A model generated the notes under the pieces. The model searched no databases and was not told where the DNA came from. It worked only from the letters and a program-made list of their open reading frames with translations. From the NCBI GenBank assembly GCA_963703315.1, contig OY969811.1:3136001-3200000 (forward strand): a DNA stretch of 64,000 nucleotides, given 5' to 3'. The first letter of the stretch is position 1. Each line of letters begins with the position of its first letter. Below, one piece after another: positions 20,337 to 27,741 of the stretch. Both the position numbers and the translations under genes were made by a program. Source of the stretch: an uncultured cyanobacterium (GTDB taxonomy: Bacteria; Cyanobacteriota; Cyanobacteriia; Pseudanabaenales; Pseudanabaenaceae).

Positions 20337-20837
20337 TTAGGTAGCAGCGATCGCAAATTCACCACGACATTTTGCGCCACCATCGGCGACCGCTAATTCA
20401 TGCAATGTAAAATCATCGCCAAGTTTATGCACTAGATGCTCAAGTAAAGCGCGGATCTCACCATCGGTTGTAGCTGTGGGTGGTGCGTCAGGGGCGATCG
20501 CCTCAAGAAAAATTGGTGACTTAAAGCAGCTTTGTAAATCTTCGGGTGCAAACTCCACATCCATCGTCACGCGAATGGGATCAAGTAGTCGCAATGCTTC
20601 CCCTTTTAAAATTTCTCCAATATTTAGATGAATCGCCTCAGCACATAGATCGATGTTTGTGATTGCTAACCCCTGATATTTTGCCCCTGCCCCAATCACA
20701 TTCGCCTTCGGAATATCACCGCTTAAAATCTGACGACTTTTACCAGCGATCTCAATTTCGAGGATATCGATATGCTCAACCTGCGATCGCAACCACAGTT
20801 TAATGATCGGAATTAATACAGAACTAACAACAGACAT
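20337..20837 (-). CDS. DUF2993/LmeA-like protein
   Basis: LWLRSQVE...L.I.I.G..RQILSG.IP pattern. Confidence 0.7.
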   Translation of the reverse strand: MSVVSSVLIPIIKLWLRSQVEHIDILEIEIAGKSRQILSGDIPKANVIGAGAKYQGLAITNIDLCAEAIHLNIGEILKGEALRLLDPIRVTMDVEFAPEDLQSCFKSPIFLEAIAPDAPPTATTDGEIRALLEHLVHKLGDDFTLHELAVADGGAKCRGEFAIAAT

Positions 20838-21009
20838 GAATTTTTATAACCCTTTTTGGGTGAACCTTTTTGAGGTGATAGCGGTCAAAACCTATAAGTT
20901 GATAGCCATCGATATTGCCTCAATAAGTATAGATGCTCATAAGGTTAATTTTGGTAAGGGCGATGCAAAATTAAAACCGCTATAAGCCGAGAATGGATGT
21001 TGATAGTAG

Positions 21010-21621
21010 ATGTTCAAAACCATAACTACAAATATCGAAACTCCTAATCCCATTGATCCTGATCTACATTTGGTGCAAGCAAGCTTGCAGGGTGATCCCC
21101 ATAGCTTCAAACGGTTGTATCAACGCCATCAAAACAAGGTGCGTTCGACGCTATTTCAGCTATGTGGCTCCGATGGTTTAGATGATTTGGTACAGGATGT
21201 ATTTCTGAGGGCTTGGAAAGGATTAAGTAAATTTCGGCAATCTTCACAATTTTCGACATGGTTGTATCGGATTGCGTTTAACGTTGCTAGCGATCGCCGT
21301 AAAGCTTTAGCCAAGATGCGATCGCGCAATGTATCTGTCGAAGATGAACAACTAGAAAATCTCTCGGATGAGGCGAGCGCCCGTGATGGCAATCAACAGA
21401 CAGGCTTAACCCAAATGCATTATCAAGACATCATGCAACGTGGCTTAGCCAAACTTAGTGAAGATCATCGTGCAGTATTGGTACTCCATGATCTAGAGGA
21501 AATACCCCAAAAAGACATCGCGGAAATTTTGTCTATTCCCGTTGGCACGGTGAAATCGCGATTATTCCATGCCCGTAGTGCCATCAGAAAGTTTTTAGAA
21601 GCGCAAGGAGTCGAATTATGA
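21010..21621 (+). CDS. ECF-type RNA polymerase sigma factor
   Basis: Region 2 DLVQDVFLRAW...FSTWLYRIA; region 4 IAEILSIPVGTVKSRLFHAR. Confidence 0.95.
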   Translation: MFKTITTNIETPNPIDPDLHLVQASLQGDPHSFKRLYQRHQNKVRSTLFQLCGSDGLDDLVQDVFLRAWKGLSKFRQSSQFSTWLYRIAFNVASDRRKALAKMRSRNVSVEDEQLENLSDEASARDGNQQTGLTQMHYQDIMQRGLAKLSEDHRAVLVLHDLEEIPQKDIAEILSIPVGTVKSRLFHARSAIRKFLEAQGVEL

Positions 21622-22058
21622 AAAATCCCAATTTCCAACATTCTCAAGAAAACTTTGATGGAGATCCTCGCGATAATTCTGATATGACTCTAGTGACTTT
21701 TCTCAAGCAACATAAATCGATCGCTCCTCCCCCTGCTCCCAACTTTGAGCAGCAGCTATTTGCCGAAATTAGCAAATATCCACAGCGATCCCCAAATCGA
21801 AAATTTAAGCGCTGGTTGCCTTGGGCTTTGGCGATCCCCGTAACCCTTGCTGCGGGCTTTGGGTTTAATTTGGCAACTAATCGATCGCAATTACAAATAG
21901 CAACTAATCAAATGAGTGAATCTGAGCAAGCAGCGATCGAACAAACGCTAATTAGCAGTTGGAATGTCAGTGACGATATGGCAATTCAGACGACAAGTAT
22001 AGCTACTGCATCAGATACACAACTGTTAATGGAACTATCGCCCCTTGAGTACGAGTAA
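21618..22058 (+). CDS. Putative membrane-anchored anti-sigma factor
   Basis: ATGA overlap with the sigma gene; one central TM helix. Confidence 0.6.
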   Translation: MKNPNFQHSQENFDGDPRDNSDMTLVTFLKQHKSIAPPPAPNFEQQLFAEISKYPQRSPNRKFKRWLPWALAIPVTLAAGFGFNLATNRSQLQIATNQMSESEQAAIEQTLISSWNVSDDMAIQTTSIATASDTQLLMELSPLEYE

Positions 22059-22106
22059 TTTTTTATTAATTCTTTTAGACCTTAAGAAATATAGCCTGAG
22101 AAATAT

Positions 22107-22730
22107 ATGTTTAAATCAAAAATCTTTCAATATTGCGCGATCGCTGCCACAGTCGTGGTTACCAGTGGCGTAATTGTATCTAGTACGGCTAGTTTACAAT
22201 CACAATCCTCATCACAATCCATAACCCAAGCCAAACTTGACCCTCAGCTAGCAAATCCTAATCAGATAGCAGAATTGCCAGATGAAATGGATAAGTTAGC
22301 AGAACGTCCCAATAGTCCCGATATGCCTTCAGGTCGGGTACTCAAACAGCTAAACCTTACTCCTGAGCAATTACAAAAACTCAAGGCAGTCCGTGAGCGC
22401 GATCAAACCAAAATGCGTGAATTGTCGCAACAGGTACGTCAAGCCAATAAGGAATTACGCGATCTATTAGCTAGTAATGAAAGTAGCGATGTGATTCGCA
22501 CTAAGCATAGTCAAGTGTTAGGTTTGCAGCAGGAATTACAAAAGCAACATTTCGAGAGGATGCTAGCGATGCGGGATATTCTCACCCCTCAACAGCGATC
22601 GCAACTCAATGAGATCATGCAAAAAAATCGCCCCAATCGCATGAAAGATGGTATGCGCGATCGCCTCGAAAAGCGTTTAGAAAATCGTAAAGATCGGCTT
22701 GATAATCTACGCGATCATTCAACACTATAA
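22107..22730 (+). CDS. Spy/CpxP family periplasmic chaperone
   Basis: Signal peptide and two LTxxQ motifs (LNLTPEQ, ILTPQQ). Confidence 0.88.
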   Translation: MFKSKIFQYCAIAATVVVTSGVIVSSTASLQSQSSSQSITQAKLDPQLANPNQIAELPDEMDKLAERPNSPDMPSGRVLKQLNLTPEQLQKLKAVRERDQTKMRELSQQVRQANKELRDLLASNESSDVIRTKHSQVLGLQQELQKQHFERMLAMRDILTPQQRSQLNEIMQKNRPNRMKDGMRDRLEKRLENRKDRLDNLRDHSTL

Positions 22731-22803
22731 AAAGTTGCGGCGCTTCGCGCCGCAACTTTTTTAAATGCAAAAAGAGCATCGCCAAGCGATGCTCTTTTTG
22801 CAT
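22728..22803 (+). terminator. Two tandem hairpins after the Spy-like gene
   Basis: aaaaagttgcggcgc...gcgccgcaacttttt and tgcaaaaagagcatcgc...gcgatgctctttttgca. Confidence 0.65.
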
Positions 22804-22946
22804 CAGTGTAAATACCTAACGCGAAGAAATTGTTAAATCCCCTTACCAAATCTAGAACTGCTCTTAAGATAGGTCGTAACTCTTATTCATACTTCTGTTG
22901 AGTTTTATAGAGATTCACGAAGAAATCCTGAATTTATTGAACTTGC

Positions 22947-23921
22947 ATGACTGACTCTTTAACTTCTTCCAAACCAGCACCATTGGCTGAAAACTTAACT
23001 AATCGCAATTCTCCCAGCCGATTTATAGAGCCAGTTGTCCTGATCCGTCGCATTGCCTTTGGAATTGCGATCGCTACTTGGATGGTGATGGCGATCGGTA
23101 GTGCTACCCGTGTGATGAATGCAGGTTTGGCTTGTCCAGACTGGCCTCTGTGTTATGGATCGGTGTTGCCTGCGGAGCAGATGAATCTGCAAGTATTTTT
23201 AGAATGGTTTCATCGCCTAGTTGCTTCCACTGTGGGATTTGCCACGATTGTGTTATTTGGGGCAGGTTGGTACTATCGGCAATCCTTACCGAAATGGCTA
23301 CCTTGGGCAACTTCGGGATCACTCTCTCTAGTAGTTTTTCAAGGGATTTTGGGCGGATTGACAGTAACGCAATTACTCAGGTTTGATATTGTCACAGCCC
23401 ATTTGGGAACGGGGTTGTTATTTTTCTCTAGTTTGTTAGCGATCGCCACAGCTTTAAGTAATCAAGCAGACTTAATGGATACGCTTCGCGTATCCATTAA
23501 GTCTGCTTGGTTGGGGTTATCCGCCGCAGTTTTAGTTTATTTACAAAGTATTCTCGGTGCGTTAGTTGCCTCTCAATGGGCGCTCCATCAATGTTTTGCC
23601 TCACAGGATATGTGTATTGTTTTAAATGCACATTTGATTGGTGTCATTCCTGCCACGATCGCTAGTATTGCAGTGGTGGTAATGGTATGGCTAACTAAAG
23701 CGATCGCCCCCATCCTGCGTTTAGTCGGCTCAATTGCAGGTTTATTAGTACTCGCTCAAGTGGCGATCGGCTATGCCACCTATAAATTGCATTTACAAGT
23801 CGAACCACTCACGATTGCTCACCAAGCTACAGGTTCAGCCTTACTAGGAACCCTTGTTTGTTTTACTGTGTTAGCCTTTAGAATCACGAAACAGAATCAA
23901 GCGCAACCTGCGATTCGCTAA
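22947..23921 (+). CDS. ctaA: Heme A synthase (COX15/CtaA)
   Basis: AGLACPDWPLC and EWFHR motifs, conserved His residues, multiple TMs. Confidence 0.93.
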   Translation: MTDSLTSSKPAPLAENLTNRNSPSRFIEPVVLIRRIAFGIAIATWMVMAIGSATRVMNAGLACPDWPLCYGSVLPAEQMNLQVFLEWFHRLVASTVGFATIVLFGAGWYYRQSLPKWLPWATSGSLSLVVFQGILGGLTVTQLLRFDIVTAHLGTGLLFFSSLLAIATALSNQADLMDTLRVSIKSAWLGLSAAVLVYLQSILGALVASQWALHQCFASQDMCIVLNAHLIGVIPATIASIAVVVMVWLTKAIAPILRLVGSIAGLLVLAQVAIGYATYKLHLQVEPLTIAHQATGSALLGTLVCFTVLAFRITKQNQAQPAIR

Positions 23922-23958
23922 CTGTCATAACTGCGAAATATTTTAGGAGTTAAGCGCA

Positions 23959-24972
23959 ATGCCAGAAACAGCTATTCAAGAATTAACTATTTCCAAAGAA
24001 AATATCTTTGCACCCGCTAATCAATCGATGAATCGTAACTGGCGCGAGGTGATCCAAGATTACACCGAATTAACCAAACCTCGCATTATCGTCCTCTTAC
24101 TGATTACCACCGCAGGGGCAATGTGGATTGCATCAGAGGGACAAGTTGATGCATTTTTGATGTTCATTACAGTTTTGGGAGGGGCGATCGCGGCGGCTTC
24201 AGCCAATGCGATTAACTGTTTATACGATCGTGATATTGATGCCAAAATGGAGCGCACCAGTTGGCGACCAATTCCATCGGGTCGGATTAAACCTTTAAAT
24301 GCACTGATTTTTGCGATCGCCCTTGCCGTTATTTCCTTTACGTTGCTAGCCGTATATGCCAATCTCTTAGCTGCCTGTCTCGCCATGTCGGGAATCGCTA
24401 CCTATGTCGGTGTTTACACAATTTGGCTGAAGCGCTCTAGTACTCAAAATATTGTCATCGGTGGTGCAGCAGGAGCAATTCCACCTCTAGTCGGTTGGGC
24501 TGCTGTCACTGGCGAACTAAGTTGGGCAGCATGGGTTTTATTTGCGATTATCTTCGTCTGGACTCCGCCGCATTTTTGGGCTTTGGCATTAATGATTCGT
24601 GATGAGTATGCCAAGGTGGGTGTACCGATGTTGCCTGTGGTTAAGGGTGCAGAAGTAACAGCAAATCAGATCTTGCTCTATACATTACTAATCATTCCTG
24701 TATCTCTATTGCTGGTTTTTCCTTGCAATGTAATGGGGCTAGTTTATGGAGTGTCAGCCGTTGGACTGGGGGGAGCATTCATTTACAAGGCAGCGCAGTT
24801 ACTAAAAGAACCAAGCGATCGCACTGTGGCTCGTTCAGTCTTCAAATATTCAATCCTCTATTTAGCATTGCTTTGTGTCGCTATGGGAATTGATAGTTTG
24901 CCTGTTGCTCATATTTCTGGAGATCAGGCGATCGCCCTGTTACAAACTACGGTTGCGATTATCAAGCCATAG
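23959..24972 (+). CDS. ctaB: Heme O synthase (protoheme IX farnesyltransferase)
   Basis: LTKPRI, DRDID.KMERT..RP and [11 protein letters not shown] motifs. Confidence 0.96.
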   Translation: MPETAIQELTISKENIFAPANQSMNRNWREVIQDYTELTKPRIIVLLLITTAGAMWIASEGQVDAFLMFITVLGGAIAAASANAINCLYDRDIDAKMERTSWRPIPSGRIKPLNALIFAIALAVISFTLLAVYANLLAACLAMSGIATYVGVYTIWLKRSSTQNIVIGGAAGAIPPLVGWAAVTGELSWAAWVLFAIIFVWTPPHFWALALMIRDEYAKVGVPMLPVVKGAEVTANQILLYTLLIIPVSLLLVFPCNVMGLVYGVSAVGLGGAFIYKAAQLLKEPSDRTVARSVFKYSILYLALLCVAMGIDSLPVAHISGDQAIALLQTTVAIIKP

Positions 24973-25131
24973 GAAAGGTGGTCTTTCCAATCCTTTCAAC
25001 GAAGGATCATAGAGATGGTGGCGATCTCTATGATCTCTATGAGGGTTAGATTTACTTTGTTACAATCAAGATCGATAGTCAGAAAAGTTACTAACTTATG
25101 ACTGTTACCAAATTATATTAAGGAGTCCCAA

Positions 25132-25386
25132 ATGGATGCAATGACGACTCAACAAGCAAGCAATAACTTAGATAGATTGATCGATCGCGTAATTGACAAT
25201 GTACAGCCAACTATTCTTTGTAATGATAAGGGTAATAAGGCTATTTTGATTTCGCTAGACGAATTCTCTGCTTGGCAAGAGACTTTATATTTACTGTCTA
25301 ATCCCTTTAATGCTAAACATCTGCTTAGTTCAATTGAATCTGCAAAGACAGGTAAAATTCTGGAAAGAACCTTGATCGAAGAATGA
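25132..25386 (+). CDS. yefM: Phd/YefM family antitoxin
   Basis: ILISLDEF..WQETLYLLSNP.NA..L..SI pattern; RBS aaggag; ATGA overlap with the toxin. Confidence 0.92.
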   Translation: MDAMTTQQASNNLDRLIDRVIDNVQPTILCNDKGNKAILISLDEFSAWQETLYLLSNPFNAKHLLSSIESAKTGKILERTLIEE

Positions 25387-25865
25387 AACTGACATTTACA
25401 GAAGCTGGTTGGAATGATTACCTATGGTTTCAAGATACTGATAAAAAAATCCTCAAAAGAGTCAATCTTCTGATTAAACCCACATTCCGCTCGTAATGGA
25501 GGCCTAAAAATATTTACAACGAGACAATGAGGGTTTCAGCGATTTTCTGGAAAATTAATGATAATGACTCCTATTAGTACGTCATTATTGACAATATTAA
25601 GATAGTGTTATTTTTCTGACGAAAGCCCAAAATACTTACTGTATAAGGATTTGTTTTCTAAATATTTTTTTCAGTAAAATAAGAGCGGAATGTGGGTTAA
25701 AGATACTCTACGCAATCCTTTTGAAGGAGTGGAAAACCAGAACCATTGAAAGCCAATCTATCAGGCTATTGGTCAAGGCGCATTAATACAGAGCATCGAT
25801 TAGTTTATGAAGTATTAGAGGATAGTGTTTTAGTTGTTGCTTGTCGATTTCATTATCAAGACTAG
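25383..25865 (+). pseudogene. yoeB: Txe/YoeB toxin pseudogene (MITE insertion plus frameshift)
   Basis: MKLTFTEAGWNDYLWFQDTDKKILKRVNLLI [insert] [10 protein letters not shown] [frameshift near 25730] [26 protein letters not shown]...CRFHYQD*. Confidence 0.92.
25478..25697. mobile_element. 220-bp non-autonomous MITE inside yoeB
   Basis: 15-bp perfect terminal inverted repeat acccacattccgctc / gagcggaatgtgggt; TAA duplicated at 25475-25477 and 25698-25700; removal restores ctgattaaagatact (L-I-K-D-T). Confidence 0.92.
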
Positions 25866-25897
25866 AGCGAGATTTTAGAGCTACAAAAGAGTATAAG

Positions 25898-27280
25898 TTA
25901 AGGATTTTTAGAGTTGCGCGATCGCACAAACAACCAAATAAGAAAACCACAAATTGTGCCGATCGCTATACTGCCAAAGAAAACTATAGCTATGTAACTT
26001 AGGGGCTGATAGCTAGGCTCGTCAGTTTTGATGTTGGGAGGAAACTGAGCCAAAATAATGCTGCCAATTACTTGACTTGTGCCTAAGCCTGTACCGACAG
26101 CGAAGATGGTTTGGTTGAGTTTGCGATCGCTTTTGGCTTGTTCAATGTTGATGATGCCTTCAATATTGCGAACGGAGTTTTCGAGGGATTTTTGGGTTGG
26201 GCTGAGGCTGGCGAGATCGGCGGTAATTTGGGGGAGATATTTGTCGGTGACGATCGCTGTGAATTTCTCTAGGAATGGCTGATCGATATCTTGCTTGGAA
26301 TCTTCAAATTGTTTAAGCTGCTTTTGATAGTTTTTGAGATTGGTTTCGATGGTGTTTTTTTGATCTTCTAAATAAATTAGTTCTTCGGCATAGGTGGTCA
26401 TCAAGTTTAAGGTGGATTTTAAATCTTGTTGTAATGCGACTAAATCGGTTTTGGTACTGTCATCAGCGATCGCGATTTTGATTGGCTTTGCTGCATTTTT
26501 AAGGTTGGCTTTGTGATAGCGACTGCGAGAATATGACCAGATGATTTTGTGGCGATATAAAAATAGTTGCATTAGGCGAGGATAGAGATTAGAGATTTTT
26601 TCGCCGATCGCTTCAATCTTTAGATCGTGGGGAAAGAGACAAATTAGGAGATGTTTGCTTTGGCTGATATCGCCGCGATCGCTTGGTAGTTGCCATAGCT
26701 CGAAACAGTCCGCACCTATGAGTTTGGCTGATGTAGATTTGAGATGTTTTTTCCAGTTTGGTACATCAAAGATTTGCAGTTGGTTATAAATTTGCTCGGC
26801 TATTTGGGCAGGGTCTTGAGTGGGGCTGGTGAGTTGTCCCCAAACAAACCAAGTTTGACCGATGTGATTGGTTGATGGCTTGCCCTGACTGTGGAGATGG
26901 GAGAGGATATTTTGCTGGATTTTTTGGAAATTTGTAATGTCGCGGGGTGCATATTCTGGGATGGTGTCATCGCGATCACTGCTACAACCAACTTGGAGAG
27001 CATAGGTATCATTGATTTTGACTGGATAGTAAAAGCCAGCCAAAGGATCTGCAAAATCTTCGCAGGGGTTTGCGCCTAGTAATTCGATATAGTCGGAAAG
27101 TTCGGATTCAATTTGAATGAAATTTGATAATTGGGCAGGAGTTAGTTTTTTGCCATAGATTTGTTGCCAAAAATTTTCACAATTTTGTTTAATCTCATTA
27201 TCACTTTGTCCTAGCCCTTCGATGATGTCGTAGCTGAATAGATCGATTGTGGGATAGATAATGGTGTTAGGTTCTGTCAT
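25898..27280 (-). CDS. Uncharacterised membrane protein with alpha/beta N-domain, long helical stalk and two C-terminal TMs (CorA-like/CATRA-like layout)
   Basis: 460-aa ORF; heptad-rich helices around aa 250-385; hydrophobic segments TIFAVGTGLGTSQVIGSIILA and YIAIVFFGSIAIGTICGFLIWLFV; no GMN motif. Confidence 0.75.
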   Translation of the reverse strand: MTEPNTIIYPTIDLFSYDIIEGLGQSDNEIKQNCENFWQQIYGKKLTPAQLSNFIQIESELSDYIELLGANPCEDFADPLAGFYYPVKINDTYALQVGCSSDRDDTIPEYAPRDITNFQKIQQNILSHLHSQGKPSTNHIGQTWFVWGQLTSPTQDPAQIAEQIYNQLQIFDVPNWKKHLKSTSAKLIGADCFELWQLPSDRGDISQSKHLLICLFPHDLKIEAIGEKISNLYPRLMQLFLYRHKIIWSYSRSRYHKANLKNAAKPIKIAIADDSTKTDLVALQQDLKSTLNLMTTYAEELIYLEDQKNTIETNLKNYQKQLKQFEDSKQDIDQPFLEKFTAIVTDKYLPQITADLASLSPTQKSLENSVRNIEGIINIEQAKSDRKLNQTIFAVGTGLGTSQVIGSIILAQFPPNIKTDEPSYQPLSYIAIVFFGSIAIGTICGFLIWLFVRSRNSKNP

Positions 27281-27291
27281 AGGTACTTCAG

Positions 27292-27741
27292 TTACAAAGG
27301 AAAATTAGTGAGAAACTCATAAGCAGCTTGCACTGAATCGGCAGATTCCAAAATAGATTTTGCACTTTCTTCAAGAGCGCGATCTGTAATTTTTTCTAAC
27401 TTCTGTAAATGCAAAAGATTTTCTAGTGGGGTTTTATCTTGTAACTGACTGATATTTTCGATCGCTAAGCTTTCAGGGTTGTCTTTTACACCTGCTGCAT
27501 TTGGTTTAAAAGACCTTCCTTTGTTCCTTTCCTGAGATGGATCTAGCCATTTACGAGCAGTTATATATGGTTGAGTGAAGAGGGGATTTTGACGGGCGAT
27601 CGCATCAAGATTGCTGATGTTCTCATTGAGGTTTTTACCGATCTGGTTGAGGCGATCTTGAAGATCGGCTGCGAGTGGATCGGTTTGCTGGACTAGGGCA
27701 AATAGAAATGCTTTGAGGGTAACGGCTTCGTGATCTTTCAT
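27292..27741 (-). CDS. Small helical hypothetical protein coupled to the CHAT gene
   Basis: 149 aa; start overlaps the CHAT stop (27738-27741); 11-bp gap to the next gene. Confidence 0.8.
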   Translation of the reverse strand: MKDHEAVTLKAFLFALVQQTDPLAADLQDRLNQIGKNLNENISNLDAIARQNPLFTQPYITARKWLDPSQERNKGRSFKPNAAGVKDNPESLAIENISQLQDKTPLENLLHLQKLEKITDRALEESAKSILESADSVQAAYEFLTNFPL

